DNA of 64,000 nucleotides from Octopus sinensis (Eukaryota). The position numbers and the translations under genes were made by a program. The notes beneath the pieces were generated by a model. That model worked only from the letters and a program-made list of their open reading frames with translations. It did no database searches and was not told the origin of the DNA. This document shows positions 38,446 to 51,879 of this stretch, in pieces (positions within the stretch are counted from its first letter, which is position 1; each line of letters begins with the position of its first letter). The stretch lies in assembly GCF_006345805.1 (NCBI RefSeq), contig NC_043002.1, positions 114,824,001 through 114,888,000 on the forward strand, given 5' to 3'.

Positions 38446-39224
38446 TGAATGTATATGTGCGTGTATGTGTGTGTGAATGCATATAAAATGTTTTCATTTC
38501 AATATGGTGGAAAGGTACATGTGCATGAAAGAATTACTTGCAGATGTTAGAGCTGAATTTTTAATGTTACATTAAGCCTTAGTGTTTTTCTTACTTCAGT
38601 TCAACAATAATAAAAGTAACAAGGGCGATAATGCATAAACTTTGAAATTGGTATAATGTATGCAAATGGCAAAAACATACTTAATAATATATATATATTA
38701 AAAAAAATAGAAAACGAATAATATTACTGATATTTTAAATCTTTATTTCTTTATTTCTACAGTAATTTCAATAGCAAATATTGAGGTTTGCAGCCACATA
38801 ATTATTTGTAACAGCAATTATAATAATATAACATAATTATTAATAATCAATAATAATTATTATATAACATAATTATTATATAATTCACAATGGTTATTAT
38901 CATCACTTACTATGAATGATAATAATGGAGGCTGTAATTAGGTGGGAGTCATTTGGTTAGGAATGTTGTGAAATATAAAATCTCTATCTTCGTTGCAGTC
39001 GATACATGTTTCACAGTAATGCTTGTAAAAGAATCATAGACAATGCTGGTACTTTTAGCGTTCACATCCAGACGGTGTTTTTATATTGACAATATATATA
39101 TGTAGCAATACGACGTACCTGTTTTAGATAGAGTAGCCAAAGAGGTGACTGAGAGGAAGTTAACTTAGGAGCATTCGAATAGTTTACATGTAATGTGTAT
39201 CTACAATTATAATTGTGTTGTGTC

Positions 39225-39375
39225 GACGCCCCCAGACGATGAAGTAGACTAGCCCAATACGTAGACATAGAGGTAGAAGTCTAGTCGTCGAGGAGTTTAG
39301 TAGAGGTCATCCGAACGTGCGATATCACCGTGGCGACGAGGATTTCTTAGCTCACACAGCCAATGTGTAGTATTG
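39225..39375. promoter_or_regulatory. CpG-rich island with an RFX X-box-like motif and CCAAT boxes
   Basis: ATCACCGTGGCGAC at 39324-39337, AGCCAAT at 39358-39364 and CCAAT at 39254-39258. Confidence 0.25.
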
Positions 39376-41022
39376 CGATATAACAAATTGAAAATTAGTT
39401 AGATGTCACTCTCATATAAATACAAATTCTCTCGCTCTATCTCGTTCTCTCTCTCTCTCTGTATCACACGCACACACACACACGCATATACACACACACA
39501 AATATGTACATAAACACACATACACATAAATACTGTTATTGAAACGGCTGTAGAAGTGAAGAAATAAGGTTTGAGATGTAAATGATATTGTTTGCTTCTT
39601 ATTTTTATCTAATATACATATTTATATTTATGCGTAAAATATACTTTTCTATGCAAATATAGATAAGTATGCTGTTACATTCAGGCACATGTTCATTTTC
39701 ATATATATCCATGTGTGTATAGACCCTTTCATATACACTTTAACACTTCTTTCATACACATCCTTATATGCATATCTGTATCGAAACGAACACGCACAAC
39801 CAAATCCGCTCGCGAATATGTACACACACATATTCACTCACTCATATATGCACACATTCATTCACCAATATTTCTATGAAAATGATATTTCATTGAATTG
39901 CATCGTTTTTCTAAGCTGGAAATAGAATTGGTTTGAGCGAAAGGTAGAGAAATATTCAGCTAACAATAGAAAAATAACTCACTTGCTTACATGCATATTG
40001 TTTTCTTCATTCCTGGAAATTTTCCTAATTATCGACAAAGGGAATCATGTTTTCCTAATTAGTAAAGAGTTTTGTTTGTATAAAATCGTGGTAACTACCG
40101 GAGGGTGATTTAGAGGATAGTAGCTGTGAATTGGATCCCAGGATGTCATCTTCCGCCATTATTGATCAGTGAAGTGGTTTTTATCTCAGATGTGTTCATG
40201 AGAAGATGCACAAAAAATAAAATTGTAACTTAATTATAGTTTGGTGTAATTGAAGTAAATGTTATTGTTTAAAATCGCCGTAACTTTTTAGCATGTCTAT
40301 TGGATCTAGTTGATGTATTACATGAAGATGGGTGAATGTTAACATAGTACATATGCACGGAATGTGGAAACGATCGAATGGGTATGTCACTTTATTAAAT
40401 CATTAGATTCGAGTTTAAATCAGCTGCGAACGTTTCATTGTGTCTCTAGATAGAACACATAATTCTAACGATTTGGAATAGTTAACAAATCTTCCAGTAG
40501 ATTTACATAAATTGGATGGATGATCTATCCAAGTGGAAATCTCCATCTAATTAACCAAATCTGACCCTTCTGCGGCCCTAAGAAAAATGCATTTTTATAA
40601 ATGCTGACATTGATTAAATTTGAATATTCTATAAACGTTAACATCTTGAATTCCGCTTTCTGGTATATAAGGGATTGCAAATTAACGAAAGACTTTATTC
40701 TGCGACCTACGAAAAATAGCGAATCGTGATATCTTGTTTCAGCTCGACACCTTGGATTTGAGATCCACCACAGGAACATTAAAGGACATAGATCCCACCT
40801 CTTTCAGATGACAGCGTTAGTGATCTGGTACACTGTCCACTTAATTCATAATTCACATATATAGTAGGTACATATTCTCACTAAACTTGATGTATCTCCA
40901 GCAAGGCATTGCCCTATTTCGGATACTTTCTTTATGAAATAGAATAGTCCAGGAGATGCTGATGAAGTTTGGTGATCTTTATTTAATAATACTTCATCAG
41001 ACGCGTGAACATTATAATATAT

Positions 41023-41247
41023 GTTTCTTTACTACCCACAAGGGGCTAAACACAGAGGGGACAAACAAGGACAGGCAAGCGGATTAAGTCGATTACATCG
41101 ACCCCAGTGCGTAACTGGTACTTAATATATCGACCCCGAAAGGATGAAAGGCAAAGTCGACCTCGGCGGAATTTGAATCCAGAACTTAGCGGCAGACGAA
41201 ATACCGCTAAGCATTTCGCGTGCTAACGTTTCTGCCACCTCGCCGCC
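41023..41247 (-). mobile_element. SINE family A, young monomer
   Basis: Near-identical to the first monomer at 35505-35735. Confidence 0.92.
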
Positions 41248-41576
41248 TTATATTATAGCAGACCTCCCCAACTGACTGTTCAGAAAGGTTGACGATAGAG
41301 AAATATTCCATATTTCTCTAGTATGTATAACTGGTAGATTCCTAATTATGGCTTCGTTTTTGATAAGCTGTTCCACAAGATATTAAATTATGTATTTTTG
41401 TTCTTTAGCTGCTAGATGTAGGTCAACAGTACGGTAGCAATATTTTTCTGATCGAAAAGACATGATAGTGGTGAGAGTTTGCCATAATGTCTATATATGC
41501 CTAAAAATGTGTGTTACGATATGCGCGTATATCTATATCTACTTATGTGTTAACTGTTAAGTTAGATATTTGACAA

Positions 41577-41631
<55 letters not shown>

Positions 41632-41769
41632 TATAGGAGTGAGCTTGTTTATACGTATATACACGCATACTTTACTAACAATAAAGTTTTGAACACTAGA
41701 TTGGACTAGTATTTAAATACTAGATTGGAAATAAGTTATCTGCAAATTGATTAATAATTTTGGATTGTA

Positions 41770-41960
41770 AGGCAGAATCATTAGCTTGCCAGGTAAAATG
41801 TCTAGCAGAATTTCGTCTGTCTACGTTCTGAGTTCAAATTCCGCCGTTGTCGACTTTAGCTTCCACCCTTTCGTGGTCGATAAAATAAGTACGGGTTGAA
41901 TGTAATCGACTTAACCACTCATCCGAAATTCCTAGCCTTGTGCTAAAATTTAAAATCAAT
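41770..41960 (+). mobile_element. SINE family A, diverged
   Basis: CTACGTTCTGAGTTCAAATTCCGCCGTTGTCGAC. Confidence 0.8.
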
Positions 41961-42139
41961 TATTTTAGGCTGTGACTATTAATTGCTTGTATTGATGATG
42001 TCACACGAACAACTAATATATTACGGTATATAACTCTCCGTTGACTTACAGATGGTGCGACGTCTTCACACTTATCTTCCTATTTTGTCTTTTCGTTTCT
42101 CTATCTGCTTTCATGGACACATATAAATACATTTATATA

Positions 42140-42364
42140 CTCTTTTCTCTTTTACTCTTAACTTGTTTCAGTCATTTGACTGCGGCCATGCTGGAGCACC
42201 GCCTTTAATTGAGCAACTCGACCCCGGGACTTATTCTTTGTAGGCCCAGTACTTATTCTCTTTTTGCCGAACCGCTAAGTGACGGGGACGTAAACACACC
42301 AGCATCGGTTGTCAAGCAATGCTAAGGGGACAAACACAAACACACAACATATGCATATACACAC

Positions 42365-42416
<52 letters not shown>

Positions 42417-42579
42417 GACGGACTTCTTTCAGTTTCCGTCTACCAAATCAAATCACAAGGCATTGGTCGGCCCGGGGCTATAGCAGAAGACACTTGCCCA
42501 AGATGCCACGCAGTGGGACTGAACCCGGAACCATGTGGTTGGTTAGCAAGCTACTTAACACACAGCCACTCCTGCGCCT
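42140..42579 (-). mobile_element. SINE family B, full length and young
   Basis: Complete head, microsatellite and tail. Confidence 0.95.
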
Positions 42580-42639
42580 ATATATTTCCTTTGTATGTAA
42601 ATCTATAGTTTTACGTATAATTGTGAATTAAAAGTATAC

Positions 42640-42910
42640 GTATACTCTTTTACTTGTTTCAGTCATTTGACTGTGGCCATGCTGGAGCACCGCCTTTAGT
42701 CGAGCAAATCGACCCCAGGACTTATTCTTTGTACTTATTCTATCGGTCTCTTTTGCCGAACCACTAGGTTACACCAGCATCGGTTGTCAAGTGAAGTTAA
42801 GGGGGACAAACACAGACACACGCACACACACAAGGTGCCACGCAGTGGGACTGAACCCGGAACCATGTGGTTCGTAAGCAAGCTACTTACCACACAGCCA
42901 CTCCTACACC
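42640..42910 (-). mobile_element. SINE family B with internal deletions
   Basis: Head and tail are intact, but the central segment between the (CA)n and AAGGTGCCACGCAG is missing. Confidence 0.9.
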
Positions 42911-42980
42911 TATGAATAAGTTAAATCTATATATCCATAATTTTTGTGCAACCACATACACGCGCGTGTGTGTGTGTGTG

Positions 42981-43087
<107 letters not shown>

Positions 43088-43807
43088 TGCGTGCGTGAAT
43101 ACTTAATGTTCAGCAATGAGTTTCTTGAACATGATCAATCTTGCCCGAACTAACATTCTTACTAATTGCTTGTAACAATGACGTTCCTTTAACAGGTTAT
43201 TCAATGCAACGTTTATTATTACTAGGCTAACTGTGTACATAATAAGTCTTTCCTCCAATCCTGATCGCTCTGCCTTTTTATTTATTTGTATTGCAATACA
43301 CTTCTCCTCTCCTCTTTTTCCTTTATGTTTATGCTTATGCTTTCAATCCTACGATGTGTTTCTACTATTTATATCGAAAAGCTCATCTTACTAAACACTG
43401 ATTTGGGAAACCAATATGGGCGTAAATTCAAAGTAAACGATTACCATTGATAATAGATATTATAAATGCAAATATATGCAGAGGTTTAATTTACAACGTC
43501 GTAAGAATCTGTGCATGTATACCTATTTTTATTTGTCTATATTTAAACGTGTGTGTGAGTGTCTGCGAGTGCATATATGTGTGTGTTTGTGTACGTGTAT
43601 ATGGGTGTTCTTTCTCCATTTATCTTTAAAATATTTACGTTGTCGATTCTTCCTACTAAAAGAAGGCAACGTGTATGTGTTGTATACGCTGTATTGGAAC
43701 TGGGCTTCTAGATGAGTGTCCCTAAATGTGTGTAAATTAAAACATGACTGGCATACGCGTGCCCAGCAGTATACATCCATATATACAAATACACACACAC
43801 ACACATG

Positions 43808-43852
<45 letters not shown>

Positions 43853-44110
43853 ACACATAGATGATTATATATATCTATGCGTATGGAAGCATTAATGTGA
43901 AAGCAAAAGTATATGTGTCTGTGATTTATGGGTGTCTGTGTTGAATAAGTCATAGATTTAACTTATTCTTATCCTACCAGAATGCAAGGAAACAAGTAGT
44001 TACAAGTGACAGAAATCTATTCCGCAAAGTATGACTTCCATCTCGAAAATATTTGGTCTTTTACTTTACAAAAAAACCATTAATAGAATATATATGTGCA
44101 TGTGTGTATG

Positions 44111-44177
<67 letters not shown>

Positions 44178-44232
44178 GATACATACATACATATAGTTAG
44201 ATAGATATTTACGTACACACACACTCACACAC

Positions 44233-44278
<46 letters not shown>

Positions 44279-44569
44279 ATATATACAGAGAGAGAGAGAG
44301 AGCATACAAATTTGAGTGCCTATGTGTGTGTCAGTGTCATGTGGAGGTATGTGCGTGTATGTGTACGCAACAGATATCCAGCCATCGTAAATAAGATTCC
44401 TCAATGACAGCAGGTGATAAACTTCGATTTAAACAGAAGGTAGAATTATAGGTGCACGTGAATAAGTCATTTAGTTCCTGTCACACATCTTAAATACAGA
44501 TGTTCGAAAGAAATGTGTCTTACTGTTTCGTATTAAGCTCTTGTTTCTATTTCCCCACTGAATACAAAC

Positions 44570-44698
44570 CTAGTGGAAGGGAATTATCCGAACTTATTGC
44601 ATAGGTCACAACCAGTTTCGTAGAAGAATCTGTAGCTTTCACAGGCTTGTTGATATTCTGTAGTATCTTCTCTGACACTTTGTTTCTGATTGTAACAC
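44570..44698 (-). other. Candidate 129-nt phase 1-1 coding exon (VTIRNKVSEKILQNINKPVKATDSSTKLVVTYAISSDNSLPL)
   Basis: AG|GT acceptor at 44699/44698, an open frame, and a CTAG|GTTTGT donor at 44570. Unique sequence with no recognised homology. Confidence 0.2.
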
Positions 44699-44926
44699 CT
44701 ACATCATATTAAAGTTGCAGAAATTCTTCTTGGCATTTTGGGATTTTGTATTTCTTTTTTTTTGTGTGTGTGTTGATTACAGAGCTTCTATTATTTATAT
44801 ATGGTTGAGTGTAGATAAATAATAAGCATAACATATGTATGTGTGTATATATGTATGAATGTTGCTTTGTTTGCGGATGATTTATAGGTGCCATAAATAT
44901 ACTGTGTATGTATGAGTGCGTGTGTT

Positions 44927-44971
<45 letters not shown>

Positions 44972-45159
44972 TCGTTATGTTGTCTATTCCTACATATTTG
45001 CATAGTCCCGGAGTAGATTAGAACTAGGAGCCTCTATTTCTACGCAAGACCAATATGACATCGGCGGGATTTGAAACCTGAATATAAAATACCACAATGC
45101 ATTTGTCACGTTACCGGTTCTGCGTATGGAACGCCTTGCATTTCTCAATATAAGCCGGG

Positions 45160-45340
45160 CGAAATCCTTAGCGGCATATCTTCCGTCTTTATGTTCTAAG
45201 TTCAAATTCCACCGTGCTCAACTTTGCCTTTCATCCTTTTGACGTCGATAAAATAAGTACCAGTTGAATACTTGGGTCGATGTAATCGACTTATACCCTG
45301 TCCTGGAATTGCTGGCATTGTGCCAAATTTTGAAACCAAT
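45160..45340 (+). mobile_element. SINE family A
   Basis: TATGTTCTAAGTTCAAATTCCACCG...CTTTGCCTTTCATCCTTTTGACGTCGATAAAATAAGTACCAG. Confidence 0.8.
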
Positions 45341-48224
45341 ATATGAAAACAATTGCTGTTATGTATTAAAAAAATAATATTTTGATAGTAGAGCACTCAC
45401 TATGCCAAATAGTTAAAGTTGCCATTTATATTTATTTTTCATGTGAAACTCGTGCCTCTTTTCAACACTGGAATGTGTTTTGCCAACGTAAGCTCTATTA
45501 TTGTCTATTACAACGAGGAGAAAGACGATGTAGCTGTTTTGTGGTATTTGTATTGGTGTCTGCGGATGTTTGACGAAAAAAATTGAAATCCCGTAATTTT
45601 CAAAATATTCCTCACCGTTTATTTTATCATTCACGTTGGCATTATTGTTGGTTGGAAGCATAATGATTTCACTTGATGTTGCTCTTTTCCTATAATTATG
45701 TTTCCTACCTAATTAACAAATCATTATCATCATTATTTATTATTTATTTAATTCTAGCGCTTCCTTATTATCACTCATCTTATCTATCAGCCTGAGGGGG
45801 TTGCGCAGTGTGTATAACTAAATATGTTACATTTAACTATTTATCACGGATAAATTGTTGCAATTCTTTCAATGATGGATTTTAATTTAGATGGCGATAC
45901 TAAATTATTATCGTAATTAATTTCTTGTATTGTTTCACTCATATTTTATCTCTTAAATTTCTTATTGATTTATGGTAGTAGTGGAGGTCTATGCTGCGGT
46001 AGTAAGTTCGAAGAAGTTATTGTAGATTGTGGTGATAATGGACATTTGTGATAATGATGGCGGCTGTGTTGACAGTGGTATAGAGATAATGATAGCGCAA
46101 TCTGCAGTGGTGTTGTTGCTGAGAGAAATTATAACGGTTGCAATGGCAATATCGGTCACACGTGGTTGTGATTGTAGTTGTAATGATCACGCTATTATTA
46201 TCATGAATAGAAGGTAATATTAGCATGATCAGCGGTATTTGTAGTTCGTTCTTGTCTCCAAATGTAGATGATTAGGATTGGGCATGAAATTAATGAGAAT
46301 GAGAGAAAAGGGAAATTTGTTATAGCAGCAGTAGATTACAAATATATATATATTCTTTGACAGAAAAGATTTGTTTCCATATTATTACGAAAAATATTAA
46401 CTGTAAATGAAAATTATGGAAAGAAATCGAAAAAGTAACAAAAGATTCTGGAATGAAGAACAAAAGAAATATGAGCGAAAATGGGTGGCGGGATGGAGAG
46501 GAATATAAGGAACAGAAGAGTAAAATTTTGAGAAGGAAATGTGTACATGATGACAGCGACAAAGAAACAAAGTATGGCGAGAAATAGAAATGGATGAATG
46601 AAATGTGGGGAAAAAATGTGAATGAGCGAGTGTGTGTAATTTGTGAAATATGGTGTGTTTGTGTTAGTTTGCATGTAAGAGTGCGTGTATGACTGTGCGT
46701 GCATTTTTGTATCTGTTAGCGATAGTTTCTGGCAGCCATATATGACCAATATATCTCTGAGTGGGATTAAAAACGAAAAGAAGAAAATGCACACGTTTCC
46801 ATTATTTGAACGCATTTACTATTAAAGAATTATTTTTATTTTCTGAATATATTTTTGTCAAAAACTAACAAATCCACTTTAATCTAAATGTGAATTGATA
46901 ATGACTCCTTTCCCTTTGCAGATGAAACTAACTATTGAAATAGGTCAATGTAGTTTTTTTTAAATTAATTATCTGTTTATGTTATAGAATACATATTAGA
47001 ATTCGAAATTTATTATGAGTATTGCCTGACCAATAAACTCCAGGGATTTAGCATTGCATATATGTATAAGTTTAATATAAATATACATGTAATTCTTATA
47101 TGGGAAATTAAATAAATGACAATAATAATATAATAATATTATAATAATATAACAGACATAATAAATTATATCTGTTATAAGATGCGATGCTTTCCTCACT
47201 GCAGCTTTAAAAAGGAAGTGCAATTAAATTTGGGAACGCATTTACATTTATATATACACACACAGAAAAGCATTATCATCGAAAAATACATAAGCCTCTG
47301 TAGGAAATGAAGTAAAGAGTTTGAAGGGCAGAAGCTACTCCTAGAGGAAGTAAATTGCGATAAAATCTTGTGTGTGTGTGTTTGTATGTATATACGAATG
47401 TTTGTATAAAGATAGGCATATAGCGCGCATGTCAACTTACTTCTAAACGACCCTACAATTGTGAGCCCAATAGTCTGACCACGTCACACCACTCAGTCGG
47501 AGTACACACACACATATATACATACATACCTACCTATATACATACATACAAGCACAAATAGTGCCGAATTCATAGAATTGGTTTGAAAGCCTTGTGGCAT
47601 TTCTTTCGACTTTCAGTAATCTGAATTCCAATTCACTCTCTGGATAAAATATTAAAAAAAAAGTCTACCAGGCTAGAGTAGTGGATGGGCGGAAAGTTAG
47701 TTCGATGGACAAAATGCCAGAATATAATCTGTTTGTAGGTTCAAATTCCTTTTCCTGTGAGCGGAAAAGCCGCGGCTCTGAGGCGGAGTAAAACAAGATG
47801 ATTGGCTCTAGAGATCTTTAAATGAAGTACCCAACCATAGCAGCTACTGACTCTGCATTCCAGTACACCAACTAGCAGGAAAGAAAGCAAGGAAACATTC
47901 AAGTCTTGATATACTCAAAGAACAAGAACAAAACGTATTGTATGTACGCATATATTCATGTACGTATGCTTATATTTACACACACAGGTACACGCACACA
48001 CGCACACATACATACACACACACACACACATATATATATAAGTGTAATATACACATACTTGCAAGCACACGAACATACATAAACTGCATATATAATTATG
48101 TCATATAGATGTTTATATTTACATATACATTTATGCATATATACGTGTATGTATGTATATAGTTGAATTTTATAGAAAAACAAAAGACGAAGTCAGGTGT
48201 ATGATCAATAAGCAAGTGTTTGAT

Positions 48225-48440
48225 GCTCAGGAAAAATAAAGAAGTCTTTTACGTTTCCAGCCTACGCTGGACCGCTGGAATCTACAAGCTTTTTTTTATT
48301 CTCTCTCTGTTTATTTTCTACTATTCCTTTCTGTTGAAGAGCGTAGACTCGAAACGTAAAAGACTTTTCCATTTTTCCCCAGCGTCAAACTAATACAGTT
48401 GCTTGTTATTCATACACCTGTCTTCGTCTTTTGTTTTTCT
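48225..48440. mobile_element. Penelope-like LTR fragment with an inverted partial copy and a variant hammerhead-like motif
   Basis: CTTT-CTGTTGA-A-GAGC-GTAG-ACTC-GAAA-CGTA-AAAG at 48327-48362, plus an inverted partial copy AAGTCTTTTACGTTTCCAGCCTACGCT at ~48246-48272. Confidence 0.55.
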
Positions 48441-48630
48441 ATAAATTTCCTCTGTATATTATATGCTCACGTGGTTACCCCAGTTTGACCCTGACTTAAC
48501 TTCCTACTCTTTGGACTCGCATACCTGAACCACTTCCCGAACTTTCAGCACATCTCCTCATCAACATACCAGCACTCCACCCGGATTACCACTGGTTCTA
48601 CTGACTCTGCCTTCATTGGATCTTTTCGTT

Positions 48631-48724
48631 TATGTATGTATGTATGTATGTATGTATGTATGTATGTATGTATGTATGTATGTATGTATGTATTTATGTA
48701 TGTATGTATGTGTATGCATGTATG

Positions 48725-48756
<32 letters not shown>

Positions 48757-49097
48757 TGTACCTATGTATGTGTGTGTATGTACCTATGTATGTATGTATG
48801 CATGCATTTATGTATAGATATATATATATATATGTATGCATGTATGTATGTATGTACGTATGTATGTATGTATGTATGTATGTATGTATGTGTGTATGTA
48901 TGTATGTACGTATGTATGTATGTATGTATGTATGTATGTATGTATGTATGTATGTATGTATGTATGTATGCATGTATGTATGTATGCATGTACGTATGTA
49001 TGCATGTATGTATGTATGTATGTATGTATGTATGTATGTATGTATGTATGTATGTATGTATGTATGTATGTGTGTATGTACCTATGTATGTATGTAT
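48631..49097. repeat. ~470-bp (TATG)n array
   Basis: Direct reading; the longest simple repeat in the window. Confidence 0.98.
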
Positions 49098-50359
49098 AGT
49101 CATGCATGTGAGTATATGATTGAAATAAAGAATGATGTTCAGAGATATATGTATGAAACATCGAAAGAATAAAGAGAAAGCAGTGTTTGGTGCGGCGGGG
49201 CTTTCGGAACACAGCACATCCCATTAGTATTTAGGGAGTTATAACTATCTGTCGACGGGTTTAACACGTTTTATATTCACTTGATATATCAACCTTTACT
49301 AATATGCACGTTGTCATTGCCTACCGCGCCGTATTGAATTCCTATATTTTTCTCTCTTTTCGCGCTGGAACACGTATCCGTTTCTGACACATGAGTTCTT
49401 AGATGTTGTCGATCTGTTTCCCTCTCATCCATCTCTTACATTTCGTTTTTACATTTAGTTCCAAAACGAGGCCTATATATATTTTTTGTTCAATTCGCCA
49501 CCTTGTTTTTGGTACTAATCCGCTTTCAATGGTTGGAATATCAATTAAAGCTCGCAGTGAGCTTCACCGACCGACAAAGGAAATAAAGGAAAGCTGAGAC
49601 AGCTAAAAATATGAATCCACTGGTTTTAGTAAGTTATCGGATGGCAAATCACACAGCATATCGAGTACGGAAAGCATCTGAAGAAATCAGCTGGAGTAGA
49701 GTTATTGTAAAGCGACAAGTCAGGTCATCTAGTTTGCAAGAGCTGTCAGGGATAGCAGGTAAATTATGTTTGCTGAGACTGAAATATATATTTGCGTGCT
49801 TCTGTTAAGCGAAGAACAACAAATTGCTTCTGTCAGTTTACACTAGCATAAATAACACAGCGTAGACTTGTGAAAATATGTAAACTTATATCTGCATATA
49901 TCTACTTCATAGGAGGAGTTGTATATGCGCACACATAACCATCTGCACTGGAGAGAGGGATTCAATGACATTCCAATATGTAAATAAAACGTTATAGAAT
50001 CCAGGTAATAGTTAACAGCATAAACAACGTAGTAAAACAGATTTGATGCTATATTCTTTTATGTCATATAATCTATATTTGAACATAGAGCTATACTTTT
50101 CCTGAGACATGATATATAGCGACGATTCTATTGACAATAATTTCCTGCGTAAAAATATTGTTTTCTTTATTACGATAACAAAGGAATTATGAAACCAAAG
50201 ACTGCTTTAGTATCTGAAACAAATATCTCGCTAACATTTCTACCTCCCGCTATTGGCAAAAACTTGCTTTGTTGAAAACTGATTCCACAAATCTTGTTTA
50301 GTAGAAAAAAAAAAAAGACATTGTTTAAACACATTTCAAGACTTTAAAGTAATATACAA

Positions 50360-50520
50360 TTCAAATTTTGGCACAAGGCTAGCAACTTCGGGATGTGGGT
50401 AAGTCGATTACATTGACTCCAATGCTCAACTAGTATTTATTTATCGACCACGAAAGGATGAATGGCAAAAGGCACAATCGACCTCGGCGGATTTGAATTC
50501 AAAACGTCAAATGTTTTTAG
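50360..50520 (-). mobile_element. SINE family A, degraded
   Basis: AAGTCGATTACATTGAC...CGAAAGGATGAA...CGACCTCGGCGGATTTGAATTC. Confidence 0.75.
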
Positions 50521-51781
50521 CTAATGTTCCCTAAATATATTGGGTAATAACATATGTATTGAGTAATCCTTCAATTTAATGCAAAATTGTTTTTTTTTTA
50601 TTTGAATGTAAAAACAAACATTCTCTGCTGACAACTTCCTCTGTCTTATAAGGGTAAATACCCAATCTTTCTGCTATTTTCACAGCTATACTCAGATCGA
50701 AATTTACTTTCTTGTCTGTAAAATACGAAACACATTCGACGCTTCCAAAGTTTGTTAACAAGCTTTTGTGACATTTATATATTTATATATACTCTGTATT
50801 TTTTGTACTCGATGTAAATACTAACATCCACACGCTCGCGCGCACGCACATACCTTTTGCCTATGTACTAGGTCCAAAGAACAATTTAAATGAATTTTAA
50901 AGACTACCAATAAACGCACTCACTATACAGCTCCCCTTCCCCATTGTATACTTTCGGTAGTATCACATATCATTAGAAACTGTAACCTATGTGTAGGTGG
51001 TCATCAATCAGAAAATCATTTTCTCATAGAACGGTGAAAGGAAAGTTAAATTACAAATAGAGATATCTGAATTCAGAACTGTCACAACGTACCTAACTTT
51101 TAATGTTGCAAATTTCCAGCCTGCCCCCTACCGGCTCTGTCAACGCCGGTGTTCTGAGTCATAGATAATAAACAAGTAGAGCTGAAACACATCAGTCAAC
51201 GACCAGGATCTTCAAATAATCGATATCATCGTACCAGAAAAGTGGAACGAAATAGATTGATAATTGTGAAGTGGTAGGACATATTTTACCTCTGATTGTA
51301 CTTCTCATGTTTTCATATCAATAAATAAATAAGCAAACAAACGAATAAATAAATAAATAACTAAACTTCGAGAGTTTTTTCCCGCAACATGGTTAGCAAC
51401 AGCCTTGACGGATTTCAATTCATTATAATTCCAGATTTCGAAAGCGACTAATGTTTTAGAGTAGATGTTGAACTAATGTATGCAGGTACTTTGAAAAACC
51501 CTCACGGTGCGACGACTGTGCCCTGCATAAGTTATGGGCTGCCCTTTGGTAAGGCATAGCAACCGTTCAGCCACCCTTACAGGGATACGGTGAAGTCATG
51601 GGATTGTAGCATGGTGTATTGTGAAGAGGTAGGAGAAGAGTTCGACTAAGCCAACACTGATGCTGAGTGGAGGAAACCTAGAAGATCAACAATTAGGACT
51701 ACCAAGCTCTGTCAAGAGAGTAACTGCAACACATCCATAGGAGCGGCGTAATCAGCTAATGAAAGATTCACAAGCCTCTAT

Positions 51782-51879
51782 CCCCATGACCCACTGAGGA
51801 ACAGTGGGCGGATAACGACAGAGAGTCCCCCATGACCCACTGAGGAAGAGTGGGCGGGTAACGACAGAGAGTCATGGGG
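51782..51879. repeat. 46-bp tandem duplication with internal hairpins, in a GC-richer island
   Basis: CCCCATGACCCACTGAGGAA(C/G)AGTGGGCGG(A/G)TAACGACAGAGAGTC occurs at 51782-51827 and 51828-51873, followed by ATGGGG. Confidence 0.9.

Noticed and set aside
40686-40811. LRR-like peptide LDTLDLRS...LKDIDPTSF after a good acceptor
   Set aside because: A stop follows immediately, the conserved Asn is missing and there are no neighbouring repeats.
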